Of a DNA stretch of 64,000 nucleotides, positions 29,066 to 43,090 are shown piece after piece. The stretch's first letter is position 1; every line of letters begins with the position of its first letter. The notes below the pieces were generated by a model. It saw nothing but the letters and a program-made list of their open reading frames with translations, was not told where the DNA came from and made no database searches. A program made the translations under genes and the position numbers. Source of the DNA: Octopus vulgaris (Eukaryota); NCBI GenBank assembly GCA_951406725.2, contig OX597817.1:37014001-37078000 (forward strand), given 5' to 3'.

Positions 29066-29674
29066 GTGTGTAAAGACATGCTATATGTGCACGTAAAAAC
29101 AGGTGTCTGTAGGTGTACAAAACCGAATCAGGAGATATTAGTAGAGTCGGCGCCACAGAAATCTGCATGTATTTTTAAAGTTTCAGGATTCAGGGATAGC
29201 TATGCTGTTGGGAGAAGCCTTTTTGACATTTGAGATTAGTAATTTTCGGAGAAGAGAACATGTTTTCGTTTTTCTTCGGCGTCAGTCCACAGAAGTAAGA
29301 AAAATGAAGAAATTGATAATGAAAAGAAATGGCTAACAATTCCCTCCCATGCACTCACAGCAACTTAATATTGCTATTCTCTCTCATTCGTCATTTGTTC
29401 TCCGTTTTCATGGACAAAGACATAGGACAATTCTTCATTCTTCTCTAAGAACTTTGAGAGAAACATCGATAGATCTTCCTCTAACTACGTGAGTGGTTTG
29501 GGAATTTCTTGCTTTACCTACATACATATGTAATACCCATTCATCCACCCCAACATCCATCCATCATCCATCTCTCTCTCTCTCTCTCTCTTGATATATA
29601 TATATATATATATATATACGATAGATCGGTAGCCACTACACACATTTTTTTCTCTCCTTGTTTCTTTTTGTGTT

Positions 29675-29712
29675 CCTTTCTGTGGAAGAGCGTAGGCTCG
29701 AAACGTTAAAGG
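29675..29712 (+). ncRNA. Degenerate minimal type I hammerhead motif
   Basis: CCTTT-CTGTGGA-a-GAGC(gtag)GCTC-GAA-ACGT-T-AAAGG. Confidence 0.6.
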
Positions 29713-29855
29713 CATTTTCATTTCCCGAGCGTTATACTAATATATCTGTTTGTTTTCTACACCACCTGACTTCGTCTTTTGTTGTTTTCGTGAATTCTCC
29801 CTCTATATATATATAATTATATATATATAGCTGAAATTAACAGAGAAACAACAGT

Positions 29856-29891
29856 CTTTTACGTTTCGAGCCTACGCTCTTCAATAGAAAA
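29856..29891 (-). ncRNA. Degenerate minimal type I hammerhead motif, same family as 29675-29712
   Basis: TTTT-CTATTGA-a-GAGC(gtag)GCTC-GAA-ACGT-A-AAAG. Confidence 0.6.
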
Positions 29892-30025
29892 TTGAATGTG
29901 AGAAAATAAGCAGAGAGAATAAAAATAATTGTGGATTTAGTGGTTGTCGCCAAAGGATATAAAATATGAATACATATACAATCATCCATATGAATACATA
30001 TACAATCATCCATATGAATATACAT

Positions 30026-30061
<36 letters not shown>

Positions 30062-30537
30062 TCGGGTTTAGGTCAGATCCGGAAAATCCTGCTATGGATG
30101 CGGATGCCATTGTAACCCAGTACTGCCTGTTTCATTGTCGCGTGGTTGGCGACTAAACTGGCTCCTTCAACCGGCTTGCCAAGCTGAGGAGGATATTGTG
30201 GACACTCTGCAGGACATAAAACAAGACATGCCAAAACAAAAAAACAGATGAGTTCAATATAAGCCAACGGTCGGCACGTAGTATGCTTTCAAGATGGTGT
30301 CGATGTCCGCGACTGATATAAGGTAGAGTGATAAATATGTTTGTACTTGTGTGTATTCTATATGAGTAGAAATACTGTACATTCTTCATATCATTTTTCT
30401 TTTCTTTTCGAACTAATGAATAGATAAACTATTTTGTAAGATTGAAAATATTCTCTCTCGTTTCTTCATTCAAAAGTATATTCATTATTTATCATTCTCG
30501 CTCAGTCTTTCGATCTGTTTATTCATTTCCCCCATTC

Positions 30538-30597
<60 letters not shown>

Positions 30598-30728
30598 ATA
30601 TATATGCACGTCCAGATTTCTAAGTGGTGAATATATCTCCCACCATCGAAAGCAATTTTGCTCTGGATGTAAAATTAGCTTATCTAAAAATTGAAAAGAA
30701 TTTGGTACTGAGTTGATATTCTGGTGTG

Positions 30729-30852
30729 ATCGACTTTATTTTTCGACCTTTCGGGGTCGATAAAATAAATACCAGTGGAGTACTGGAATCGATGTAATCG
30801 ATCTAATCCTACCCCAAAATTTCAGGCCTCATGCTTGTTGTAGAAAGGATTA

Positions 30853-30907
<55 letters not shown>

Positions 30908-30955
30908 GACTGTGACCTGGCAGAATCGTTAGCACGCCGGACAAAATACCTAACA
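30729..30955 (+). mobile_element. SINE family B 3' part, (TTA)n, then a second family B head
   Basis: Core and tail at 30729-30850; CTGGCAGAATCGTTAGCACGCCGG at 30917-30940. Confidence 0.7.
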
Positions 30956-30969
30956 GAATTCATCCTTTG

Positions 30970-31230
30970 TATTTCTCCCTTTCTTTTAGATAAGCATTGG
31001 TATCTGTTGGTATTGATTAGAAAGCATATTTTTCTTGGTGATCTCTGACAATTAAATGCGGCCTATTGGCCTTAGTTTCTCTATCTCTGTGTATTAGCAT
31101 ATCCTAGGGTATGGTCGCTTTCCCATTTTCTCTGACCTTTTCTCGGGTGTGCATATGCCATCTTTTTCCTGTTGTTATTCTATACTGTTGGCATATATTC
31201 TAGAATATATAGGTCCCAGCTCTGTCATAT
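30970..31230 (-). pseudogene. Dong/R4-clade fragment (region after the zinc knuckle and start of the restriction-like endonuclease)
   Basis: DRAGTYIF*NICQQY..KRWHMHTREKVRENGKATIP*D..RDRETKANRPHLIV. Confidence 0.7.
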
Positions 31231-31234
31231 TGTT

Positions 31235-31696
31235 GCTGTTGTTGTTATGCATTTGCACAGCTTCTAACGTTGGAAATGTACTACCCCTTATTTTTCGAGC
31301 ACCATCTAGATTATTCGAGCGGTTCCAAGCAGTGCTATTTTCTGCAACTGCTCCACACTTATTGCAGCCACTATTTGTTCCTTGTACTTCTCAAGATTTT
31401 TATCAATGTCCCCAGGGCTCCAACAGTTATTGGTACTACTACCACCTTTTTCATCGACTACAACTGTTTAGTCTCCCAAGCTAACCTGTCATGTATATCG
31501 ACTTTTCTTTCTTTCTTATCGTATACCTTGTTCTCATCTGGGCATGCTATATCTATAATCCAGCATCGTTTGCTTTCTTTCTCAGTTAACACTACCTGGT
31601 TTCCTATTCTTTATTTCATGAGCGCACTGAATCATAAAATCCCATTGTATCTTTGCATCATAATTTTCGATGATGTCATCGTGTTTATGCTCGTAC

Positions 31697-31697
<1 letters not shown>
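31235..31697 (-). pseudogene. Dong/R4-clade C-terminus (restriction-like endonuclease) and short 3' UTR
   Basis: CWIIDIACPDENKVYDKKE..KVVVVPITVGALG..LQKIALLGTARII; (TTA)n at the 5' junction. Confidence 0.8.
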
Positions 31698-31732
<35 letters not shown>

Positions 31733-32331
31733 CGTCGTCGTCGTCATTATAATAAACTTTTCTAGTCTCTGCATATCTATCTTTGTTGATTCCGAATGAG
31801 GATTTATATAATTAAAATTGCTTTCCTTTGACACGTATAGAATAGCAACGGCATAATCTGTGCAAAGTTTTACTTGTTCTTTTTGACTGTCTGCTTCTCT
31901 TACCATATGTGGAAGTCAAGAAGTTGTTTTCTTTTGTCTGCTTTCGAAAGCCACATCTCTCCGATCACGAAACAACTAATCTGCAAAGCACAATATGAAA
32001 ATAATGCCATAAATACATAGGTAAATAAAGAGAAACATTATTATATCTTATTAATGATGAAAAATATTTGCTCTAATCTAATATGAATGTCAAACGAGCG
32101 CCATATTTTTTTCCTGATTAAAATCTATGAACAGTGTTATCGAAGCTGGCATGTATCAGTACAGCTACTACTCTTTAGTTATTTATTTAGACATGCGAAA
32201 TTACATTAAAAGTTGGCATCTGTGTCAAACTTCCAGTTGATAATCATAAAGTAGAGAAAAAATAACAATATGGTTGATGTCATGTTTAAGTCTTTTTATG
32301 ACAATCGTACAGCACCTACTGCAATTACTGC

Positions 32332-32387
<56 letters not shown>

Positions 32388-32420
32388 CATTATTATTGTT
32401 ATTATTATTATTATTATTAC

Positions 32421-32628
32421 GACGAGCTGGAAATATGGTTAACCGCGCCGGAGATGTTTAGCGACACCGGCTTTTTACGTTCTGAGTTCAAATTCCACTT
32501 TGATGAAAAGCAAAGTCGACTTTGCATTTCATCCTTCGGGAAATAAGTACCAGTTGTGTGCTGGAGTCAATATAGTCGACTATCCCTTCCCCCAAATTCC
32601 AGGCCTTTTGCCTATGGTAGAATGGATT
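32421..32628 (+). mobile_element. SINE family B between (TTA)n tracts
   Basis: Head, core and tail are all recognisable. Confidence 0.75.
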
Positions 32629-32638
32629 ATTATTATTA

Positions 32639-32697
<59 letters not shown>

Positions 32698-33066
32698 TCC
32701 GTCTTTCTTCAAATTTCTTCCGTTTCTCGCCGAGTGTTTTCCGTACACCTAAGGCAGAGAAGCTCATTGTATGTATTCCCAGATTACACACGCAAATTCA
32801 GAGGTAAATTATGTATTTAAAAAATTAATAAATAAATAAATTCATGAATGGATGTTGTTTTCATAGCGATAATGCAGTACATGAGTCGTTCCAGTTAACA
32901 CAATTTTTTGCACTTCCTGTAGGATGGTAAGCCTGGTATCATTTTCAAATAGGTTTCAGTACCTTTTGTTATCATTCCTAGAGATCCTACAATAACTGGT
33001 ACTGTAGTCGCCTTGAGATGCCACATTTTTTTCAATTCAATTTCTATTAGCAAGTCTTTATATTTC
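32698..33066 (-). pseudogene. Dong/R4-clade 3' end running into (TAA)n
   Basis: KYKDLLIEIE..MWHLKATTVPVIVGSLGMITKGT; the 3' UTR ends in the (TAA)n tract at 32627-32697. Confidence 0.8.
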
Positions 33067-33898
33067 TAAAAAAAAGAGACGGGTATTTATAGATTTAATG
33101 CTTTTTAACTCGGCTATTATTATTATTATTATTATTATTGTTGTTGTTGTTGTTACATATCAGCATGCATCTATCTAAAGGCTTCGTTTGAGGCAACCAC
33201 AGGTATTTAAAAATTGTGCTCTCGTACAAACAGTTTTCGGCTGGATTCCTTCTCTGTACAACAATGTGCGCTCGCTAGTCAGCATACAGCTATAAAATAC
33301 ACGATTGTAGGTAACGGCCATAGTAATGTATCCCCCCACACACACACACACACACACATGCACTATAAGAAGCATTAAACTTAGAATCACTGACAGCTGG
33401 GGAACTGCTGATAATTAAACGTTTCAACTAATTGTGAATTCATTACCAGAACAATTTTCTTGTACATACTTCAAATTACACGCAGTATTTTTTATTTTTA
33501 TAAGACAACGCTTCAGCATCTGCGCAAATATTCCAGCAAGACTGTAATTATCAAACTAAATACACTGACAGTAATGATGTTGAATGAAGCAAGTATGCGC
33601 CCAATGATTCAAAAATATCTACTGTGACACGATTTCCGGCTTTTTATATAGTTAAGTGCCATCCTCCATTTCCCCCAACAACGCAAGTGAAATAACGATT
33701 AATAATAAGAAAAAAAGAGATACGGGTATTTATAGATTTAATGCTTTTTACCTTGCCTATTTATGTTATTCGGGTTTTTTTAAAATCATATTTATAGATT
33801 TATATGGTAGGGGCGCTCCTTTAAAATTTGGTAGAAATACCATTTTTAAAATGTATTCATATATTATACAAGACACATGCAAATTATATATATACAAG

Positions 33899-33944
<46 letters not shown>

Positions 33945-33975
33945 TATGCATACATACATAATGCATATATGTACA

Positions 33976-34012
<37 letters not shown>

Positions 34013-37000
34013 GTATATATACACATATATACACATGCATACACATATATATACACGTATTAATATGTTGGTATACGCATATATAAATATATTATTCCTG
34101 CGTGTATAATTTTCCATGTGAAAGAATATATTTCGATTTATATACTTGAGTATATGTGTGTGTTTATGTGTGTCTATGCGTGCGTGCGTACACAGTGTGA
34201 CAGCGTGGGCGCATACGAGGAATTTGATAAAGGAAAACTAACAATCTGAATTGAGGAAGAGATAAAATGAAAAAAGACCTTACTCGTATGAATGAGGTAA
34301 AATATAAGTGGAATGCGAGTGATATTTATTTTTATTGTGCTTGTTTTTTATGGTTATATGTTTCCATTATCGGAATGGATTATATACTATTAGAGTAACG
34401 TCTTTGCGAACATAGGATAACACACAGAGAGTGGAATAAATGATAATGACGATGATGTTATATGATGGTGATGATGACGACCATCATGATGATGATGATG
34501 ATGAGATGTGTGTGGGTGAAAGAGAGATACGCACTGGACTGCCAGCAACCACTATAAAATCGTTTCTCAACAAATATATTGAATTCTCTGTTTCGTCGAG
34601 ATAGTGATATCTAGTGCATAACATAGACATACACGCACTCACACACATGCACGCACTCAGATATACATATATTGTGAGCGCGTATGAGTTTGTATGATTA
34701 GATGATTTGCAATTTTTTTTTTCTTAGACATCACAGCTAAAACAAACAGATGATCCAATCTGTTTATTACGAATTACATCAATGTGTAAATATTCATCAA
34801 TATCTAGATATCTGAGTAAGGGATTATGTCTATTTATAGCTATCTGTTTATCCAGAATCGCGCAAAAACACACAGAAAAGTTCATATACATGTATATACA
34901 TATACAAAAATATAGATATATATACATCTATACATACACAAACTTGCTTACACAGGCACGCGCACATACAGAAATTGTATGGTTTTCAGTTAATTACAAA
35001 AATAATTTTAATTTAATTAAAGATATGAAATAGAGGAGATGGGAGAGACATTTAAAATATGAACAGATACCAAAATATAATTTGTGATTTAATAATCTTT
35101 CTCTCAACATCAAAGAGCTTGGTATGGAGCATGGAAACGGATTCCGCTGATTCCAATGATTCATTGGGAGTGCACAATAGTCCTTCCAGAATAATCAGCA
35201 AAAGTAGAATATAGTAGTCCTCTCTTGTATACGGAAAAATATGAAACATGCCGAGGCAATCTCGTCTGTTCTTTTTTTTTTTGGTTATATAAAGAGGGAC
35301 CGAGATGCGTTCGCATCGGTTTAAAGTTTCTCCAGGAAAAAGGCTTGAAAACTGAAGTTAAGGGGTTTAAATTTATGCAAGGTCATATAATATGTGTGTT
35401 GTGCAAAAATCTCTAGTACCACACACATACAAGTACACATACACACGCATGCACACACACACGCGCGCGCGAACACTCACATATGTGTATTTGTGTATAG
35501 TTTTTATACAAACGTTGCTAGTAACTTCGAAGTTTCAGCTCTGTAGCCTTTATATGGATTGATGAAAACTAAGTAGGGAAAAATTCTGTATAACCCGCCT
35601 ATCAACATTTTCCTTGCAGAAATAAAATATGTTCTTTTACTGCAAGTTATAGAGTAATCATTCACTTTAATGACTGACTGTTTTTATGTGTAAGTATAAT
35701 AATAACAAACATCAATGTGTGTGTGTATGTATGTGTATGTGTGTAATGAAAATACAACTGTTTTCCAGTTTTTTATATTCATTTACTAAAGACTTGTTGT
35801 ATTTTTGTATGAATTGCTCGGAGTTTGTTTATAGCAGTAAAGTTCCAGAATCGGTCCTCAGAGATACGCATATTATTTTCTTCAGTATAAAGCACCTTTG
35901 GAATGTGAACATATGTTGTTCTTTATGACAGACAGGTCCAATGTGTCCGTTTAAATTTTAATTCGAACTTTGTTTTGGGGCGTTAGAATATGCCGTATTT
36001 ACATGTATATATGTAACAACATTTTTTAATTGAATTTTAAGTAAAAAAAAAATGTACGATGTCACTTGTACAGGAATCAAGTCTGAACGTGAAACAATAT
36101 ATACCAAGGATTGACTCTAAATTAGAGATTCCACTTATACACGAATGCGATTCATACAAGAATAAATACTGTATTACTTTTAGCAGACGTTTACTTTTAT
36201 TGTTCCTAGTATATATTGTCTGTGTGTCTACTTTGGTATCGCGGTGTTACGTACATTGCCTTCGTCATTTAACGTCTGTTTTTTATGAGAAATTTTTTTA
36301 TTGTATAGATGTATTATGCATACATATTTTCTCATCTAGCTGTGTTATGCATTGTTTCAAACAGATAATTGTAATTGCTCCTCGTCGTAAGGATATGCTG
36401 AATGATAAACCAGCAGGGTAGTATCACACTTCTATGGCTAATACGATATTTAGTTACAACTTATACACTAACAATCAAATTAATATATTATGTTGTGAGA
36501 TTTATAAATTCCTTTGCAGTTATATATATATATATATATATATATATCTTTATAAGCGTACCTTTTGAAATAAATTGCATTTATTAAACTATATCCTTGT
36601 GGTAATTCATAACAATTACGTATATTGTCTGGTGAAAAGGAAATATGAATAAAGCAAAGCGTCTCTAATTTGCTTTCACATTGCTAAATTATAATTCAAT
36701 AAAATCACGCACACATTCACAGTCAGCAAGAAACATCATAAAAATTCTTACTTTTAAATATTTGATAAAATGTCAAAAGTATTTACATCTAGTTAAGGTT
36801 TCTTGTTTTTATATTTTATCTTGTTTGTATATTATATCTCAAGTATTGAGTTGGCCTACAAGATACATCTGCATCAACGTCTTGACAGACACACTTTTCT
36901 TCTTTCATGAATCGAAGAATGCACATATAATTTATTACATTTGTCGTTCTTGCTTTCAATCCTATCAGGATTAAATTTGAAGTTCATCCTATCAGGCTGA

Positions 37001-37410
37001 ATGAAATGTCTTCTCGTAATAGAGTGGTTTTTCATCCGCCAATTTTGCCCACTTTACTAATACATATTAGTCTTATGCTTATTCGAAAGTAAACAGGATT
37101 TGGGAATTAGAGAGATCGACACAGAATTTATATAAGTACCCAGTTAGTTCTGGTTTTCAATCGGATGTGATTACCGTTAGGAATATTTCATTCTGCTGAT
37201 CTCTCTCTAGACTTTTTAACTTCACATGTCCTCTAATATGATCGTGTGATACTGTATCCATTGAAGAAATATGTATTTGGATAGTAGCAACAACATTTCT
37301 TACAAGATATAAACTTCCTGAGTTCCGAGTTCACAACTAGTCTCAAACATAAAGAAGGTGGTTCGCTTAACTTTTTTAATTCAAACTTTACTAGCCAAAT
37401 ATATTACCTA

Positions 37411-37639
37411 TTTCTTTACTACCCACAAGGAGCTAAACACAGAGAGGACAAACAAGGACAGACAAACGGATTAAGTCGATTATATCAACCCCAGTGCGTA
37501 ACCGGTACTTATTTAATCGACCCCGAAAGGATGAAAGGCAAAGTCGACCTCGGCAGAATTTGAACTGAGAACGTAGCGGCAGACAAAATACCTCCAAGCA
37601 TTGCGCCCGGCGTGCTAACGTTTCTGCCAGCTTGCCGCC
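37411..37639 (-). mobile_element. SINE family B
   Basis: Well-preserved copy. Confidence 0.85.
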
Positions 37640-37724
37640 TAGCCAAATATATTATCGACGAGAAAAACACAAGCGCAGCAGTTTCACGACGCCACGTAAC
37701 ACTCATAGTGATGATCTATCCAAA

Positions 37725-38114
37725 GGAGGAGCCTAAACGTGGTTTTCAGTTTGCTAGAAATAGCAACCTCATCTTTGTCACACTGCATTCTACTGTCCTC
37801 GATATGTCACATGGTTTTAAAATTCCAGGAGACTCAATAAAGAGCGTTTGGTTATTGCTGGAACGTATTGGATCCTACTTTATTGGATTGGGTACAACTT
37901 GGGTCTAAACGTCAATACCAACAGAGAGGAGGAACCTAAACGTGGTTCTCATTTTCCCAGAAATAGCAACCTCATCTTTACTTCACAGCATTCTACTGTC
38001 CTAGAGATGTCACATGGTCTATAAAATGCCAGGAGACTCCATAAAAGGTGTTTGGTTATTGCTAGAACGCATTTGATCCTACTTTATTGGATTGGGTACA
38101 ACTTGGATCTAAAC
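37725..38114 (+). repeat. Two diverged tandem copies of a unit of about 203 bp
   Basis: 37725-37910 and 37928-38114 both run GGAGGA.CCTAAACGTGG..TTGGATTGGGTACAACTTGG.TCTAAAC. Confidence 0.9.
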
Positions 38115-38648
38115 CACAATAACCACAATAACAACATAGCATATAATAAAACCAAGTATAAAGCGCCTTTGTGGTCACTCAAGAAATACCAGTCGTATTC
38201 CTTCATATCACACTATGCGATCTCAAAGGAAGTAGAATATTTTAAGAATACATTGGACTATGTAGTTCTAGATATACACAAAGGAGAGATGGTAACCGTC
38301 TGCTCTGACATTGATCATAATCAAAGTGAATTGATTTAACACGATTTATGACGAATCATCAACAAAATATTCTCATTTTTCAGTAAGGGATGAAGAGAGT
38401 AAATACCTGATGAATGGAATATTCCATATAAGATATAAACAGCCTCTTAATATTAACATTTGATGATTTCTAATCTCAGTTCTTTCCATATCATTTCTAC
38501 TTCTGCGTACATTTTGATTAATTTTACAAATGTTTGCAAAGCAAATCAGGTTGGTTTCATTATGAATGAGTTTAGGTTTATCCATTCATAAAACTGATTA
38601 GTGAGTCATTAATTTAACAAGCATAAAGCATGAATGACAGAGAGAGAA

Positions 38649-38684
<36 letters not shown>

Positions 38685-38695
38685 ATATACAGAGA

Positions 38696-38736
<41 letters not shown>

Positions 38737-41272
38737 TGAGCCAAGACTTACGATGAAGCTTGAAATCCAAACCGTTCCTGAGTTCTTAGTTATCTTTATG
38801 CTGAGATGTTTATGAATGTAATCCTTTAACCTAGATGAAAAGTTATTCCTTGAACTAATTTTTGTCAATAACGGATTGAGTGTATTTCATTTATATATAT
38901 TCATTCGTTTTTTGTAAAGTTAATTCGCTGACGTAAGCAGCTATCTTTTTCAATGGGATTACTTGTGCAAGAACTGGTACGATTTCTTAGTTATTTAGTC
39001 AGTCGTTCATTTAGGCAATAATTCAAGCGTGTGTTCTAATATTTACTATTATTCTTCAGTTATCACATACCTAGCATAATGAATAAACATAAATTTGTTG
39101 GAGTGTAGATTTCCCAGTTGTATTAGCAGACCGCTGTTTATTTTGTGTAATTTGAGACTGTCATCTGCTCAAGATCTTTTAATAAAACATATCTTATCTC
39201 TTCGAATCTGCCTGCATGTTTGATGTGAAGTGTTGGCGAATATTTTAACTGCATCACTTAATTTATTATTAGAACTGATATTTCATGGAGCATAGTGTCT
39301 TTGAATTCGTTTGTGCTATTTTTTGGCAATAATCGTCAATTAATTGTTCTGAATGCCAGTCTTTAGTTGTGACATGGCTTTTTGCGAAACAGTTGTTCCT
39401 TTATGAGTAATTGGTTAATTTATTTTAACCCATATATTGGCAAGCAAAACCACCGCTCTTCTTGAGTAATTGTTTCCCTGCATCCACAAAACAAAGAAGT
39501 TAAAAGAAATGACCTAAATAGACTACACAGGCTAGAAACGCCAAACTCTTAGAAATTTGTCGATAATATGGCTGAAACAAAATACCTGAGAAATCGTTCT
39601 GTATAAAATATTCATTGCAATACAGTCCTACATATGTAATACAATACTCAATTGAGATTGTTTAAACCTTTTGTAGATAAAACTTCTAAAGAGAGTTGAT
39701 CGGAATTCCTCAACTCCCTACAGGGTTAAATGTTGCACTCACCAATGTGCAACAGCACTCTTTAATTGCAGAATATTCATGGTGCATACCCCAGCGAGTC
39801 GTTTCTCCCAATCATAGAATTTTAAAGCTCTGTGGAGACATTGGAACATTGCAGGCTAGTCATACTCCGAAGCATCGATGTAAAAAAAAAATAAAGTAAA
39901 AGGAATGAGCAGTTGATTCTTCGATATATCAAAGAGTTGGTTAAATATAAGTTCCCATATATTGGACAGAGGAACATAACTGAGTTGATTTCTGCCATTA
40001 AGATGGTCTGTTTTAATAGTTATCCGACTGTAGAATAAACAATGAATTGAAATGATCCATATTCCCTTTAAGTCACAATAAAAATATTTTTTAACCACGA
40101 GGGAAATTTTACATTTTCACTCGATCAACTACAAATAAAACCAAACTATACTCAGATTATACCCTACCCTAATAAATATAGGAAGCATATTGGATAATGT
40201 GCTCTGATGAATATTGGAAAGACTTAAAACAGGATAGTCAGTGCAGGAAAGTATTTGAACTTGGACCTGCTAAATCAGAGGAGAGATAGAGCTAAAAGCA
40301 ACACCTCCGATATAGCTTAGCCTCGTTTCCAACCGAACTGCTTGTATTCGACTTACACTTTAAGAAGCTATTTAATAAGATGCTGATAAAATGGTTTCCT
40401 TCTATCGTGTTAAGTAAAACCGAATAAATGTTAACGTGTCAGATCACATTCCCAAGATAGAAAGACCGCTCTGTTTGTTTATAGAAGACACGATAAATAT
40501 TTTTTTTAGTAAAAGGTGGTTCCATCTGAGATAGGCGAAACTTGCACGGTGTTTACAGACAATTGGAAACATGAAAATATTCAGTTCCTAACACTGCAAA
40601 GGACTTGGCAAATAAAGTTAAAATCAAATAGTTCTATTTGTGTGTGAAGGTATCTACCATCTCTGCCATATTGGTGTTGATTTTAGTATTGTTCATGTGG
40701 TTATTTTTGTGTCTGACCATAAAATTATTATTAGCTTCAAGGATGGAACCTAAGCCTAGATTGTTTATGGTATTTGTACTGAACACAAATAAAACGAAGG
40801 TTGAATTTATTATTCTTTCTTCTGTGATAGAAAATCTTAGTACCAGTAATACACTGCGTGGTTTAGCATGGAGAGATTTGGCATCTTGCTCAAAGAAAAA
40901 TATCATGGGTATTTTATATATATATATATATATGTACGTGTGTATGTACAGAGAAAAAAGTGAGAGAAGAGTATGGTATGATCTAAAATGATAGTGTTAC
41001 GTCTCCAAGGGAACATTTTGTAGAAAAGTACACAAAATCTAATTTGTTGGTCTTAGTTTTAAAGATATATTCTCACAAAGCATGAACGTCATCACCCCTC
41101 CATCGTAACCCCACCCCTACACATTCCCATCACACCATCTCGATGCATCCCATTCCACCCCATCCCATCCCACACATTCCACTTCCACATACATCTGTTT
41201 GTTGTTTACACCCCCATTTTCGTCCTTTGTGTTATTTTTTCTAAATTCCAAATATATATATATATATGTACA

Positions 41273-41351
<79 letters not shown>

Positions 41352-41366
41352 GGGTATGTATATATG

Positions 41367-41406
<40 letters not shown>

Positions 41407-41552
41407 TACATGGGTATGTATATATATATGTATATATATAGGTACATGGGTATGTATATATATATGTATATATATAGGTACATGGGTATGTATATATATA
41501 TGTATATATATGCATGTATATATGTATATGTATTTATATATGTGTAGGAGTA

Positions 41553-41598
<46 letters not shown>

Positions 41599-42083
41599 GC
41601 ATGCATACATATGTGCGTATATGTCTCTGTATACATATATGCGTAAGAGTGTGTATGTATTTGTATTTATATATTGTGACTCATACACACGCAAACAACT
41701 TCCCTTTAACTGATAACAACTTTTTCTTGTGGTAAATTATTTATATAATTTTTATTGATATTTAATACGTGTTTCTCTTATGCTTAATATCTAAAAAGAT
41801 ATTAATTCGTTTCAAATCAGGCGAAGATCTTTTACGCAATCTATTAGAAATTTACAAAAATAGAATTCCTGTTTTACCATTCATTACGAAATACTCCTGA
41901 ATCATCCAGTGTCTGTCTAACAACCTTATCTATCCATCTGTGTCTATGTGAGTGAGTGTGTGTGTGAGAGAGAGAGAGTATTTATATACGGGTGATTTTT
42001 ATATATATAATATATACAATAAATATAAATGTAGCTGTTCTCGTCCTTGGTAGTGTACACACACACACATATGTATATTTGTG

Positions 42084-42133
<50 letters not shown>

Positions 42134-42136
<3 letters not shown>

Positions 42137-42440
42137 AGGCACATGGCCTCGTGGTTAGAGCAGCGGACTCACGACCGAAGGATCGCGTGTTCGAATCTCA
42201 GACCGGGCGATGCGTGTGTTTATGAGAGAAACACCTAAGCTCCAGGCGGCTCCGGCAGAAGGCAATGGCGAAACTCTACTGACTCTTTTGCGACAACTTT
42301 CTCTCACTCTCACCTCCTGCATCTTGCAGCTCACTTGCGACGGACAGGCGTCCCGTCCAGGAGGGGAATCTATACGCGACGAAAACCGGAAAACCGGCCC
42401 TATGAGCCAGGCGTGGCTCGAGAAGGAACAAACAAAACAA
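42134..42440 (+). mobile_element. SINE family C
   Basis: Colinear with the copies at 15193 and 16452. Confidence 0.8.
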
Positions 42441-42689
42441 TATAATATATATATAAAGTGATATTTTCAAAAATGATTTCAAAGGGATATGTAATACTAG
42501 CGGTTACCGTTTCTTTGCACTTAAATCAGTTTCATAAGCTGGCTTCATCTTTAATTTGAATGGCAGTAAGAAATGATCCTGATGATACTACACCGACATT
42601 AACACCAGCATGCACATCTAACAACGTACTTGAAACGTGCGTGGGTCCAGTAAAAGAATGCTGTAAATAACTGCTTAATAATATGCTAG

Positions 42690-43090
42690 ATGCGGTGCAG
42701 GAGTGGCTGTGTGGTAAGTACCTTGCTTATGAACCACATGGCTCCGGGTTCATTCCCACTGCGTGGCATCTTGGGCAAGAGTTTACTACTATAACCTCGG
42801 GCCGACCAAAGCCTTGTGAGTGGATTTAGTAGACGGAAACTGAAAGAAGCCCGTCGTATATATGTATGTAAGTGTGTGTAGGTTTGTGTGTGTTTGTGTT
42901 TGTCCCCAACATCGCTTGACAACCGATGGTGATGTGTTTACGTCCCTGGAACTTAGCGGTTCGGCAAAAGAGACCGATAGAATAAGTACTAGGCTTACAA
43001 AGAATAAGTCCTGGGAGCGATTTGCTCAACTAAAGGCGGTGCTCCAGCATGACCGCAGTCAAATGACTGAAACACGTAAAAGAGTAAAAG
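42690..43090 (+). mobile_element. SINE family A
   Basis: Colinear with 8103-8518. Confidence 0.85.

Noticed and set aside
38408-38440. CTGATGA followed by the palindrome ATGGAATATTCCAT
   Set aside because: No GAAA box and no stem I or III
39500-40100. Possible decayed CACTA/EnSpm-like transposase (SYVPL..FFFYID)
   Set aside because: Motifs too weak to call without a profile search
40204-40225. CTGATGA-ATATTG-GAAA
   Set aside because: No stem II and no other stems
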